A stretch of 64,000 bases of DNA from Iphione sp. A-MEVVRFRX5. Lineage: Eukaryota. Below the pieces are notes generated by a model. That model was not told the origin of the DNA. It worked only from the letters and a program-made list of their open reading frames with translations, and ran no database searches. The first letter of the stretch is position 1; every line of letters starts with the position of its first letter. This document shows, piece by piece, positions 11,959-26,324 of the stretch. Location of the stretch: positions 65,224,001 to 65,288,000 of the forward strand of contig OZ320320.1 of the NCBI GenBank assembly GCA_976226885.1, in the 5' to 3' direction. The translations under genes were made by a program, and so were the position numbers.

Positions 11959-14942
11959 TAACTATATTGCATGCTCTGATTATATCCTTGAAACTATCAC
12001 CTTATTGTTTTTTAAAGAGTCATCATAAGTTCAGCCTACTTTATTCACATTAACATAAACTGAATATCATGCTTTTGCTCCTAAGATAACTTATCTTTAT
12101 CACGCAAAAAACGCATGAATTATTGGTCATTACAGAGTGTCTAAATGTTGAACACTTTATGACCCCAAATGTGCACCAGTGACACGAAAGTGGAAAATAG
12201 AAAATGAAACGACGTCTCCAAATATTCTGATTAAGAGGAATCATTTACATGTATATCCTTTAGAGAATTCTCGTATGAATGGTTCATAATGTAAACAAAT
12301 TTTACAAGTCTGCATTCATGAAAGCTGCTGCTTATAGATCGAACATAAATAGCGTTTGCATATAGAGTAGAACCCACTAAAAATAGAACCAGATTAAGAA
12401 ATTACAACTGGTATATCTTCTTTGATAAAAGTATGAGTTATATAATCTTCAACAAAATGGCACGACTTCTGGGTTGGTCACATCTCAAAAGGGTTCCAAT
12501 GGAGAGATTCTGCCCTGGATCGAGCGTTAACTCCGCAAATGACATAATTGTCTCTTACACTCAAAGGAATTAAGACTACAGTATTCTACACCGCTATTTT
12601 GCAGTTATCAGAATTTATATATCGTGTTGTGGATCTTGCATGATTTATGCTGTAAACCGCTGATGTCGCCTCAAAATCGCAGCAATCCGTAATCACATGC
12701 GTCTGTCATACTATTTGCCTGAAAACCGAGACACTCACCATTGCCTTTTCGTACATAAAAAGACTATGTGATGATCATGAAGTGCTCCTAGATACAAGGC
12801 ACCTGAAAGGGCCATTGCTACATCATGCATAATTATAGAGAATATGTGCAGCCACGTCTCACCCTAATCTGTCATGCATATAGAGACTATATGATGATCA
12901 TACAGTAAGATGACTAAATTCAAAGTATATATAGTGTTTCAATTCTCGTCAGATGTGGTTTTACTCCATTGATGTAGGGTTCACTATCATGGGTATAAAG
13001 TGCAAAGCATATTCGTTGATGACATACAAAGGAAATGGACTGTTGGTAAAGCCATGACAATTTACAACAGGAAATACGATGTACATAACGTATTCCGATG
13101 GTACTAGGCCAATATCGATGTGAATATTGGTAGTTTAAACGGGTCTCCAAAATCTGTACGACGGAAACAATGAATCCTGCTTCCGGCCGAAGTTTGGCAT
13201 TGATCGAGCTTCCGGAGAGTTCGTAAGCGATTCTTTTGGTACCTACGGATGCGTAGATTGAGCAAGTTTGTATATTGTCTGGAATGAATAGCTGCTGCCA
13301 ATCCGACCGCCCACTCTTAATTTCTGTGCGCGTTATGATTGTATAAGCAGGCTTTAGTGCATCAAAGGTTATCCAACAAACCAACAATCATTCACCAAAT
13401 TGCAAAATTTAAAAACGAAGTCCTTTTTTTTTACCCACAGCTCCTTGCAGATCTGATAGGTCTAACTTCAATTACGTATGTTTGTCTCTTTGATTTGTCT
13501 CAGTCAAGATTGTTTATGCTTCGTATTCTACCTATCCGTTTATTTTCAAGCTTCTGTCACGTATTGTGGCGGTATTTTAACTTTCAAGCATCTAAGCATG
13601 CGACCGGGTGAGTAGCTGACTGGTGCTTCCTCTAAGCTACATATAACCCAACCCTTCAGGTCAGACGATGTCCGTTTTGTGATATTTCTCCATATGAAAA
13701 TTACTACATCCTTACTAGGCAAGGCGCCCGCGGTCGTGTGACTCCCGGACTTCCACTGGTTAGATGAGAGGCTGAACCACATACAGTGTACAACTCTCTT
13801 GAAAGATATCCTCAATATGGCCGATACAAGGCCTTCTTGTGCTTAGTTTACGCCAATTCTTCAAACGTTGTCGTCATTCCGTCATTCTAACGTAAGGCAA
13901 TTCGAAATACTCCGTTGTGAGAGCCGTAGTCATGAGAGGGATACCATGTTATCATGCTATTCTATGTAGTTCAACTAAAAATTGCTTCATGCCATAAAGT
14001 ATACAGAAATAGGGAATTTGTTTATGTATAGGCTTTGCTCACAGAGACATCTTTAAAAGAGGTACAGTTTATGAATGGAAACATACACATTAGCACATTT
14101 ACAATAATGATTGTTGCTCCCTCCTATTTTGAGCATCCCATTTATCGCTTATGTGAGGCCTTTTACGAAAACAGGCAATGTTATCGTATTACATTCGCTT
14201 AAATATCTATTAGATACTATCCTTCTGCGCTGGATGTATATTTTAAATGCCAAGAGGGTTCATGTTGCATATAGAGAAACCTAATGCTCAAGTAAAGCAA
14301 CGATTGGGTATAAGACAGCTGTTCTATTCGTTATAAGATAAACGCAGTATGAATAGTAAAAGGAACAATATTGCACTGCTATTTTGAAGGACAGTATCTG
14401 AGCAGAGTCTAAGTTGGAAACCAAAGCATGGATAGGAGGTTGTCACATAATTCAGAATTTGATATAAGTATACTGTATCACGATATTGAATCATGGGCAT
14501 AAAATGATCGTCTCAGATATGGTGTTTCTTCATCTAATTTCCTTCCTTCGAGCCGAGGGGAATATCATAGATGGGAAAGTAAGAGTTCTCCTGGGCACGA
14601 TGTCTCTCGTTAGACGACAGTTTTATATTACGACAGAGTATAGTTGCCTTTATACCAATTAAATACGACTGTGCCATTGATTACACCGAATACGGTTTTT
14701 GAAAATTCCAAGTATCGCCTACACTAAGCGGTTACCCATGGAAACACTAACAAGCCTCACTGGGAAAGGTAATCAGATTTATGTTAAGAGCCGTCCATTG
14801 CGATGACGTCAACAGTAAAATAAGACAGAAGATTTTTCCTAGCAAACTGAGAATGAAACAGATGCGACTATACAATTGGTGTGATGTGTATCATTCTCTA
14901 AAGTGCTGAATGGAATACCTAGGTGGAACGACCCTGTCTTAC

Positions 14943-15012
14943 CTCGTGTTCTCCAGCATAGTACAGAGTGACACAACAGTACTGTTACATAGACGAGCGC
15001 CAGCCACTTCAT
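14943..15012 (-). CDS. Knottin (agatoxin-like peptide) precursor, first coding exon: signal peptide MKWLALVYVTVLLCHSVLC-WRTR(G)
   Basis: Minus strand reads ttcttccctttctcttgtcttttcag|CTCTATTGAAACCATGAAGTGG...ACACGAG|gtaaga. Strong polypyrimidine acceptor (exon starts 15025), Kozak-like ACCATG, basic-hydrophobic N-terminus and a phase-1 donor that matches the phase-1 acceptor of exon 8110-8044. Confidence 0.9.
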
Positions 15013-16929
15013 GGTTTCAATAGAGCTGAAAAGACAAGAGAAAGGGAAGAATTAGATTTCATTTAAACAGGGAAGGTATACCTTGTCAAAATGAATTGAA
15101 AAACAGTGTGAAAACATGAGAAGAACGAGATGAAGGTTGCAAGTGCATAAAGTAATGTTTGGTGGCAGTGTAAAATTTAGTAGTAGCCAGGAATGGCAAT
15201 GGGAATGCAAGAGACACTGTAATAGATCTCCAACTGCAGAATGAGGTACCACAGCAGGCTTTACGATTAGATCAAAGTACAATTTTCAAAAAGATGAAGG
15301 AATTGGTATGAGCGGATACATGCAAACCTCAGTAACTCGATAATAAGTATAATTTATATGGTCAGTTCCCATGAAACCTCAACAAATGGTTTTCCTACTG
15401 ATTTCTTCTTAAGGTTCATACCATTAAGCACAAAATTTAGATGTATGGATGCAATTCTGCAAGGCATTGAAAGGGATATTTACATTCATATGTACATCTG
15501 TGAGACTCTTACTTTTGTCATCAACGCACTGTCATGTCTTTGCCTTTTCTAACAATCAGCCCAAAATATTCATTTCACATTGCACTAATACAAATGATAA
15601 TGATGAAATATATCATTTAAGTGTAATATGTCTATATGTCGAAAAATTAAATTGGTCTTGGCAGAATCACCCATTTTTCTCTTAGCAACATTAAGAAAAC
15701 TAGGTAATTTAGTGTTTCCAGTAGCTTGCAATTTTTAGAGAACTTTATTCACATATTGAAATACAAATTAACCTAGAACACCTTCCCAAAGGATGAGCTC
15801 ATTTCTGGTCAATTTATACAACCATCTCAAAAAGATTCTTTTAATAGTCTTTCCTTCAAAATCTAATGTTTATGAAACGGGAGTGATGGTTCCAGGCAGT
15901 AAATGCAAAAATGTGACGACTATTGAAAGGCATTACACAAACAATAGATATTTACTTTGTAAAAAGCAGCACTTTACAAGGTAATTTCTTGAAAGAAAAA
16001 TAAATATGTTTTACACATGATGTCCTCATGTTACCATTAGTATACTATTATAATCAGTATGCAGAAGTCTTTGGCATGAAAACAACACTACTATTGCGAA
16101 CTAGTGTTTAGAGACAGTTAATAGTCTCAGTATATTGAAAATAATTTTCAGACTAGATGGAAGGAACTAAGTAAATGTATTTTATCAAAATATGTGATAT
16201 ATCGTGAAATATTGATTATATCTGTGTAGTACGTAAGTAGTGCAAGAAAGGGACTATCATTTTGTGTATTTAGGTACATCATTTAGCTTCAATTATCTGG
16301 AGAACACTGAATGTAAGAAACCTGACTATTTACAGGTGAAATGGGTATTGTCTGTAAGTCAATAAAACTTATGGATAATTAGTGCATTGTAATGTTATCA
16401 TAGAAACCAGCGATAACTTTAATATAGATTTTGAAAAAGTTTCCTTTTAGAGGTCATGTGGATTATAATTCAGCTGCAATCATGTAAGTAAAGATTTTTA
16501 TGATTAGCACTTCTCATAAGAGGTAAAAAAGGCATTGTCTGCCGGATAACACAAGCTGCACTAATGGTTACTTCCACATCAACTATAACTGTAAGCTTTG
16601 AAAGTCAGATAGAGGCCACAAAACATTGTTATGAAGATGAGATAAGAAGATAATCTTATTGATACTAGGTAGATATGTAAGACATTATGTAATTGCAATT
16701 ATCATTTCCATTAACTGCTAGAATGACATATTAAGATGAGATACTCTCATTGATACTGGGTAGATATGCAATAAAATAGTTCACTGTAATTATTACTTTT
16801 ATTAACTGCTAGAATGCGACTTATCCGTGAATGTTACTAAGGCTATTCTGACAAATGAATAAATGCCAATGTCTTCAAAACACGTAGAGCTACCAGATCA
16901 AAGGAGGCTGTCCATCTTGTCCCAAAATC

Positions 16930-18900
16930 TCTCCATAATGTAGAATGGTTTAGGATGGAAAGTCAAGAGCAAACAGCTATAAGAAGAGAATCAAAAATGA
17001 AGAATTTTTATTCACACTCGCCAAGTATAACATCAGCGATCTTCCACATCAATGGAATGTAATGAAAAAAATAAGCAATGAAGATGGCAATGGGACAGTC
17101 GTAGCAGTGACTTCCGATGGTCAAGTCACATTTGAGTTATTCAATGTAAGGTCAATGAATACCGTCTAACTCAGTGTACTACTTGCCAAAAATGACTTTC
17201 CTAAAGTACATTAAATCTGGGGTTGCAAAATTTGACAATCATAAATAAGTGAGCTATACAGTATTGTCTTAGAGACAGTATATTCGGCAAAAGAGGAGCA
17301 ATATAAGTTCTTGTCTCCAGGAATATGACAATCAGCTAAGGATGGGTCTAAAGCGAACCCCTGTCTGAACAATTGGAATAAACAATGGAAAAGTTTGATT
17401 TTAGGAGTTAAGGTTATAATCCGAGGGGACTTTAACATCGGCCTGCTTTGGGAAAAAAATAGCGATGTGGACAAAATACCTTCCTTTATGGAAATTTATG
17501 AACCTACATGTGTGACACAGATGAGTAAATCCCTATAAGACCTACTCTTGATGAACTTCGCACAATACAATGAGAAATCATTAGACATATACTGTAGCAA
17601 TAACCTACCATTTTACATCTCAATGAGGCAGAAAAGGAAATGTCCAAAAAGGTTTGTCGCAACCAGAATAAGAACTATCAAAAGAACTACAAATCATTAA
17701 TTGCACAATACTCTTTGCAACCTATGACATTGATATAGCATGGCACTTCTTCTAATACACCATACTGAAGGTAGTCAAAAAATTCTACCCGGAAGAGGTG
17801 TTACTGGGGAAAACCCGTGGAAGTTCTGGTCTAAGAGTATTTATAAAAAAGGAAGCAAGTTGCTTTGGCAAGCAAAGAATACTAACTTGGCAGAAAATTG
17901 GCTGATGGCCAAGCTACAGTCATGAGAGGTACAAAAAGTAATGGTTTTGCAAAACAGGATGTACGTCATTAATCAATTAGATTTGAATAATAAAACATCA
18001 AAATGGTGGCATGCAATAAATAGAACTTCTACAGGTTCTACAAGAATATTTATTGGGCTTTGACTCTGCAAGTCAGAAGCTTGTCCTTTAATTATTTTAA
18101 GTCACCAATTCCCTAACAAGAAGACCCAGAGGACTAAGACTAATAGGCTGATTTCTGACTCTCCGTAGATCACATGCATCGTCCACATGAAGGACTGTTA
18201 GTTTAAATGTTAGTCAATTGCATTGTGATCTCTTTCCCAAATGCGAAAATTACACTATATGCAAATGATACGGTGCAGTGCACTCATTGTCTAAGCCTAG
18301 AAGCAGTTACGAATAAACTACAGCTAAATACTGGCAAATTGTGTTCCAGGTATGAAAAAAGTAAAATCCTGATAAATAAGAACGGAGCTGGTAGTGTACA
18401 GTCCCCATCACTAAGCAATTTGGAGTTTACTTGGGCCAGCATCTCAGCTACAAGCAATTCATGAGAAGCACCATTCATAAACTTGGATACTTTTGAAAGA
18501 TTGAAAAGTAAATAAACATTGATTCTGACATTCTAGTTGTCCATCAATGCATCCTAACTGCGGTTAAATATGGCTCATGTTATGGCTTTGTTAGTAGCCA
18601 AAAATGCATTGGATATCAACTAGTCAAATCACTAGTCAAAAATATCAAAAGGACTATAATGGGCATTCCTCATCTCTCTACTATGACTTCAAGAGAAAAT
18701 TTGGTCGCTATAGGTTTATCGATAGATCTGAAACCAATACGCTAATAACCAAGGAGGCCATTATTTCCCTCTATTGAGAGGGTGTAATGGCCGACCAGAG
18801 TGACCCATAAAATTAGTGGTTCTAAGGCCAAATCCTCAGAATGGCAAATGCTTGTTGACTTATCATTTCTGCTCCCTATGGAAGTATCTTTCCAGGACAC
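16930..18900 (+). mobile_element. Highly degenerate LINE (endonuclease and RT remnants)
   Basis: IIRGDFNI at about 17416-17439, EPTCVT, then ITLYANDT (YADD-like) at about 18250-18272 and LQLNTGK, in the expected order with many stops. Boundaries approximate. Confidence 0.55.
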
Positions 18901-20220
18901 CAGAATACCAGAATCAAAGTAAATACAAAGAATTGATTTTTAATAGAATACTAAGAGGTAACTGGAGGTCTCTTTAAGTTGCATTGCAGTCTTGAATCCG
19001 AATTTCATTGATAAAGGATATACTTGGATGCAGCTCTCAGATATGCGGCACTAGTTTCGGGCATATTCCTGGATTTAATTTAGTAACCTTCTTGCATAAT
19101 TGAGATTAACAGTTATTAGTACGTATTTTAGGAATACTAGACCTGAGTGCATAGTCGCTGACAATCAGTCATGGAAATGTGTATATCCATAGTATGTGTA
19201 TGCAACCTCTGATCGTCACTACTATTGCATGTCTTCCTGTGAAAAGTTACCAGCCATGGAAGATAAATTATGAAAATATAAATGTATATAGTGTTGCAGA
19301 GGAAAGTCTTTCTGAATCTGGTGATTTATAATCCGGCTAGTGTAAATCATAGGGCCGTCCTTGAATGTACATGTGACGTGAAATAGGTAACTTGGCCATA
19401 TTTAACTATGTTGTATATGGTTCATTTATCTTTCAATGTTATTTATAACTGGAATCATGTTTAAGCAAATCAACGGTTTGGGTATACATGTATATAAGGA
19501 AGTATGCTTTCATGAATAAACAGAGAGAGACACCCAGCAGAGTTATGCACTTAGAGTGAACCAGATATTTCAGTGTTCAGACATTCCTTTTTTATAACAT
19601 TATCTAGTTCTGCAGCTTTTAGAGCTCAGCATCCTAGACATGTTGCAATAGACTCAAGTGCGTTGCTTTCGCCGGGATAAGAAAAGAATTTAATCACCTT
19701 TTGGCCACATGGCTCAACTCATGAACAGTGATCTTGTCTTCTTCCCCCAGTGGCGTTGGAAGGTAATGAAAATGATTTGCGCGAGAGTGAACCATTCCCA
19801 TTGGGATCACCGATTTCGTTGACAGTACATACACATGTAATATAAATTGCACGCCAAATCACGTTCAAAAGGACAACGAGAAGAATACATGTAGTATACC
19901 AACTTTTCAGGAACGAGAAGTAATGTAAAACATTTAATAAACTGCCTTTCTAACTCATTAATAGAATCTTGTGATAATTATGATTCTGGATCAATAGAAT
20001 AGGAACATGTATCCACCTCTGTTAAAAGATCGTTACTAATGTGCAGAGTTCCTTCGTGCAAGCGATTGACTGTCACTCATGTTTCAAAGGTTAGACTGTT
20101 GCTGGCATAAAAAATTGCCCACCTACCAGACAGAATTATTAGTCCAAGTGGCCATTCTACAGGTCTCTTTTAATAGACTCGGTCATTTCGCCATGTGATG
20201 TAATTTATTATCTGGAGGCA

Positions 20221-20540
20221 AATGTTTACCTGTGTCGGGAAAGGAATAGGGTTTTCCATATTTTGTATCGCATGGTCTCAAAACAAGTCCGTAAGATGCA
20301 AATGTTTACCTGTGTCGGGAAAGGAATAGGGTTTTCCATATTTTGTATCGCATGGTCTCAAAAGTAGTCCGTAAGATGCAAATGTTTACCTGTGTCGGGA
20401 AAGGAATAGGGTTTTCCATATTTTGTATCGCATGGTCTCAAAAGTAGTCCGTAAGATGCAAATGTTTACCTCTGTCGGGAAAGGAATAGGGTTTTCCATA
20501 TTTTGTATCGCATGGTCTCAAAAGTAGTCCGTAAGATGCA
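20221..20540. repeat. 80-bp minisatellite, 4 near-identical copies
   Basis: Unit AATGTTTACCTGTGTCGGGAAAGG...GTAAGATGCA starts at 20221, 20301, 20381 and 20461 with only 1-2 substitutions between copies. Confidence 0.97.
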
Positions 20541-23500
20541 GTACAATACTAATAAATTTATTGAGATGCACTGCAAGGCTTTAGAGTAGTTTCCAAATAT
20601 TCAGAATTCGTGATATTATATTGTACTTTTATATAGATATTATTTGTCAGGATGCAGTCAGGAGTATATCACTTGAGAGAATGTGGCATATAATAAAATT
20701 TGAATACTGTTTTGGTGAGATCGTGTACGCCATAAGACAAGCCAAAGCAACGGCAGAAGAATATAAATGTACTCAGTCGTTTTCTAATAACAGCCGTCAT
20801 TTCCTATCATCGACTACATGAAAAAAGTATCAATTTGCTTAAAATAAATGCAAAATCCCATGTATCCTAACTAAAGAAGGTTCATTGTGTTTTTGATATG
20901 AAACTAAGGCTTAACTAATGTGCAACCACTATCAACCCCATGGAAAAACATCTGAAACCTACGTATAATTCATGGATAGCACATTTCAAGTCCATCGAAA
21001 ACCTATGGAACGCTCAGAAAAAACAATTTCAAAAGTCATGTTAACTCCAGGGACAAATCCGTTGAAACCGATAGAGGACCCATGTAAATCCTGTACCTTA
21101 AATTCTCAAATTACAGGTTTATTTCAGATCTATACACTAGCAAAAAGCCAGACAAAGTGTACATATATCAGCGGTTAAAAAATTGTCGACACATTAATGC
21201 ATGGTTAAACTCACTCCTAGGTAGAATCTCCTCTTGTAAAACAGTCACTATTAAGTATCGCTAATATATCCTTAAGCCACGTTGAATCTGTTTAATGAAC
21301 GTCAAATAAAGAAAACCTTCTATTAGTAAGGTGATGCCATATTGTAGGTATCTTAAAGTAATAATAAAAAGTAATAGCGCCTTTATTCAGAACAAGCAGA
21401 CAAAACAGAACGAGTCTTATAGGGGATGCTCATTCATTCAGATATTGCTGAGACCTGAAATGTGATTATGTTGACGACACGATGGTAACAGTTTGTCTTG
21501 GTGATGGCCGGAAGGAAAAACTGCTTTGATGCAAACACATGCCGACCTCTTTACGACCCTTATGATGTCACCTTTCGTCTACCAACAAAGTTTCAATATT
21601 GTCTGAAAAACATATTCGGAATCGATATCAATTCAAACAGACTTACGAAAGTGTTTAAACTGACGTATATTAGTGTGAAGTCAGTGCAGCTGTATCTGTG
21701 TTATGATATCAGATGAGAAAACTAGCAACTAATGATCATATAGAGACGTTTGGCATTTGTGTATCTAAGAGCGATGGGACAAGCGCATAGTACTAAAGAA
21801 GATCACCCTTTTACGAAAAGAACTTAAGAATATCTAATCTTATCGTAGGATACGCGGACATTGGTTAAGAAAGACAAGTAGATTTAGACTTTTGCTTTGA
21901 TCTTCTGCATGCCGATTCCACTTTGATGATAATAAAACTCCATTTGTTTTAGCTCTTGCGCATACTGATTTTCCACACACCAGGGATGTTGCTGTCATCT
22001 CTGTGTGATGGAGTATAAGCTGTCAAATGCATTTTACACTTCTCTCCATCAAAGCTGAATTAACGTCTCCACCTGGATGATTTCTCATTCAAGTATTGCA
22101 TGTGGCTTCTACACTGACATTTCCTGAACAAACAGTGGAGGAAAATTCCTTTTAACTAGACACCAGCCGTTATCGTCCAGGTCTACACATGTGCAAGAAC
22201 CATATGGACTTAGAAACATCTGTATTGACACAAAGGGATAGAAGACACTTGCTACCATTGTTATTTCTAAACAGAATTTCGTTTTCATTAAGTTTCTTCA
22301 AAGGAAAAGATAATTATGCATATCCTTTCTTCGGTGGCATGTTCTAGATTTATAATGTGTACAATCTGTCCTAAAAAATACTATCAATATAGCAGAGATA
22401 AACAAGTAGTAACCAGCGTGAATTGTATTTTTAACGCTAATCCATGCGCACCTTTTAAAGCCCGGAGGTCTACTTGTAGGTGCAGTGAAATGCACGGTAC
22501 AGAGTGTACAAATTTGTTCCAACAGTATCTTAGCCAGGTCAATGATCTGCATATGAAGCATGATGTCCCAGCAATAAACGGAGCTGCGGATCTAGCTTAG
22601 AACGGCCGAACTGCATAAACGTGGGCTATTCAAACCACGAAAGGCATCGAGAAGACACAGAGCTCAGCGGAACGTTGAATATTCAAGTTCGAAATTACAA
22701 GGTAGACATTGTGAGGAGAGGCGGGGGGGGAGGTGATGGAATGGGGGAGAGGCTGTTCAGTTAGCCACTGTTGGAATTAAATTCATTAAAGTATTCATGA
22801 AAGGTTACTCAGGTACGCAATACTAACACACACAGCGTATAGGTGAACTTAAACGAGCATCAGCTACTGTCTAAGATAGAGGCAGCGTACATCGACGACT
22901 GGTTGGTTGGAAACGAGTTTATGGCTAATGACTCAAAAGATTCGGAATATCACGTATCGGAAAAGATTGAACTTAGTCTTTCTTTATTGCCATCATTATG
23001 GTTAATGAAGAGGCTTCGATGGAGTTACAGTGAAACGAAATGACCAAGATTCTAACCATTCCACAATTGAGAAACTAAAGATGGGTGCTTAACTGACCCC
23101 TCACTGTACCTCACCATTTCAGAACCTTTACTCTTCCAAACAGATCTATTACTTAGTGCAAAGTCAATCTATTTAATGTATAACCCCCTCACTATTCCTA
23201 TAACCTCGCCATTGCAGGCATAATTATTTGTTGGCGAATAGTGTTGCAACAGCAAGGTTTTACTGTATTTACTCTTTGTTCTTGTCGGATCAGATGGCTC
23301 TGCATTTTGATCGGTTGGTATCCATGACCCACTTAGGTCAACAATGTTGAATATTAAATATCAAAATGTCAAGAATTCTGGCCAATAACTTGTTAAGGTC
23401 GCTAGATATTGTGCTGCACTAGCAGCATTACAACTAATTAATGTGGTTATCTTATTAAAGAAGGGCTATTAATATTTATGAAAATGCATCAGCACAGAAA

Positions 23501-24549
23501 TTTAAATCATGTGATGTAAATTCATGAGCAGACCATATCCCTCATTGCAAATAAAAATGATCGAACACTGCATGCTTTTACTCCTCCATCGAAGCTGACT
23601 TAAGTGTTCCACCTAAACAGGAGGGATTACAATCTATCACAAAATTTTCATTTATTTCCAAACTGTCGGTAGACGCGACAAATGCAAGCTCAACTTAATT
23701 CGCATTCTCCAGAAGACAATATGGTAAATCTAGGGTGCATGTCGATGGGAAGAAGATTACATATTAGTTTCGAAGAGAGAAATTGAAGTTGTTAGGACAA
23801 TCAATCCTGAATTTGTGACAAGAACAATAAGAGAGTGTCAAGCAAAGGCGCTAGTACCGTTTTGTATAGGGGTGAAAGAAACCCTTGGTATTTCAATGAC
23901 ATTTACAATGGCATTTATTGGAAAAGTGAACTTGAGCAGACAGATTCCTCTGAGAGGATATACCGTGACAAATCTTAAATTTATGGGAAGTGACCATTTT
24001 AAAACAATACTGTCCTTTCTCAGGGACCAGCTGTTTTCTGGTCATCATCGAGAGTCAGTCAGAACACAATATTTCAAAGACTCAAAACCTCGGCTTCCTG
24101 AATACTTAGAGCACATAAGGTAATAATAGCTTCATCAATTACATTATTTCTAGAATCGATACTTCAGATTATTCAGTATTTCATACAAAATTCTTTCAAC
24201 CATAGAAATCAGAAGTAGTAAACTGATCGTGAAAATATCGTTGGTCAGGTCAAGCAGGATAAGATGTTCAGCAGTCCATCTCCATTGTTATAGTTATCAA
24301 CAGTGGTCCGGCCCCCGAGTATTGGTTACTCTACTATAGTGTTTCCTAAATAGTAGAAAGAAGAGATTATTATCAGATGGAACACTCAGAACATGCACAC
24401 GGGAAGTACGTATAGGCGATTGGCAGATTGTAGCATCAAGAAGTGTTAGGACACGTGACCTCCTCTAACATAGTTCTTTGTCATAAGGACGTGATGTCGT
24501 GTTGGTCACTGTGAATTGGCTACATTCTAAAAGGCGCGATGGCTGCTAA

Positions 24550-24889
24550 GGCCAAAAAAACAGAAATAGGTGTGTTTCTAGTCATGGCCAGCCAAAAACC
24601 TAGGTAGGGAGGGGGGAAGTGTTTTTTCCACTTTCTTCCTCTGGTTTTCAATAATAATAAGGTAATATGAAGAATTTTGACTGATTTGTATGAGTTTCAC
24701 AGCTTCTTGCTGATTTGCCATGGACTTTGTTGATTGTCTGTTGAATTGACCAAAATATATGCTGTGAAAACATGTATCTAAGGAAACTTAGCCTTGGAAA
24801 CTCTTTGGGGCCAAAACATTTTTAGGTAGGGTGAGGTTTTATTAGGCAGGGGTGGGGGCCCAGAAACACACTTATTTTTTGATTTGGCC
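24550..24889. mobile_element. PIF/Harbinger-type MITE, copy 1
   Basis: Terminal inverted repeats GGCCAAA..A.GTGTGTTTCT / AGAAACACAC.T...TTTGGCC flanked by TAA/TAG. Internally similar throughout to 31504-31843. Confidence 0.75.
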
Positions 24890-26144
24890 TAGTGATTTCC
24901 ATCGTCCACTCACTAACACCTTGTATTAACAGACAACATTGTCAGGGAACTTAACATTGGGCAATGTGACCAAGGAACGTGTTCAGGTTGTAGCAGCAGC
25001 TAGTGATAGTATTCTTTGTGGAGAGACTTGTGGAGGTAGGACCTAATAAACGTGCAGATGTGCGAGAAAATAATGTAAACGGCGTGTTTGAAAATAAAAG
25101 CCAAACTCAAGGTGCTTTATTGCCACTTTCAACCACGTGCGAATACATACAAAACCAGGATAAATGCACATTCAAATACATTCGATTCCCGTGTTAGGTG
25201 TCAATAAGACAGTGCCAGCGAAATATAGCAAACAGGGCTGGGCGCCTTTGCTATCCGATTTGTCCGGTGGGTTATCCACTTTGCGCTTCAACAGAATTTG
25301 TGATAGTGACTTTCAATATAATGTCATTAAAATATCCTGTTTCCCTCAATTGAATTAAACAGAAAAGAGAGAAAGGGAAAAGAGAAAAGAGGGAAGGGGT
25401 AGGTAAAGAAGGAGACAGATAGGGAGAGAGGGATCCGTGGTATGTAATGTAAAGATATATTGTCTGGTGTTATTTGTGTGATTGCTTAAAGAAAATGATC
25501 TAAAAATATTATTCAGATTATGACAGAAAATATCAAATTCTGATGAGACATAATTATAATGCATATATCGCACCTGTGTCGACTGCGTTCCAAATGTCAA
25601 CCCCTTAGCGAGTACACCATGTGCAGGGAACGTATTTCCGAGAAACGTCTTATTTGCGTGAACCAAAAAACGCCATCTTTTAGAATGCTAGGCCACAAAT
25701 ACAAAAGGCTTGCTTACCCTCGTCACCTTGCTAGTTGTGACTGTACTATTGAAACAAAGTTGCGCATAGCACAAGCAGGGTACCTATGTACCATTTCCGC
25801 TACTAAAGGACATAATTTCGCCAGAAACCAAAGGTAAATGGCCTCATTCTGCCTTGAATATAAAATCCTTTGGCGACCCCAAATGGCGAAGGCATATACA
25901 ATGCTCAGCAGGAGATAAAGCTGATGGCCAATTATATTCAATAAATGATGGAATTGGTGAGTGAGTGTGTGTATGCGTGTGAGAAAGAGACAATGAGTGA
26001 GCGAGTGGAAGAGAGTGCAGAAAAGGCAGCGGCGAGAAGCAGCATCCCATGGGTGAGGCGACGTGTTGGGTGTGAATTAAACTAGAGTTGATGAGAATTA
26101 CAAACCTTAATTAACCATCGGGTTGCATGGTTGTTAAACTTGTG

Positions 26145-26324
26145 CAGTCAAACCCCTGTTTGCAACCATTCCTCTGGTCCAAGCTCCAGTAGTCACATTA
26201 GATAGTTTGGTCACGGATTGAAAAATATATTTTCATAGCATTTGATACTTTCATTCCGCCCTCTGGTGACCGTGTTAGTTAGAATGGTCGCAAATTGGAG
26301 TGGTCGCAAATAGGGATTTGACTG
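26145..26324. mobile_element. Tc1/mariner(pogo)-type MITE
   Basis: CAGTCAAACCCCTGTTTGCAACCA ... TGGTCGCAAATAGGGATTTGACTG|TA inverted termini. Confidence 0.65.

Noticed and set aside
12920-13387. 155-aa ORF, one of the longest in the window
   Set aside because: No recognisable motif or splice-compatible boundaries; consistent with a chance ORF in intron 2.
15052-15282. LCTCNLHL resembling the CxCNL motif
   Set aside because: Isolated match without the rest of the Cys framework; lies in the intron just upstream of the signal exon.
20221-20540. Possible CRISPR array
   Set aside because: Head-to-tail 80-bp units with no unique spacers, no cas genes, and a eukaryotic context.
25844-26050. MGCCFS... 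as a myristoylated/palmitoylated N-terminus
   Set aside because: Runs straight into CT/CA microsatellite-derived sequence with no nearby donor and no recognisable domain.
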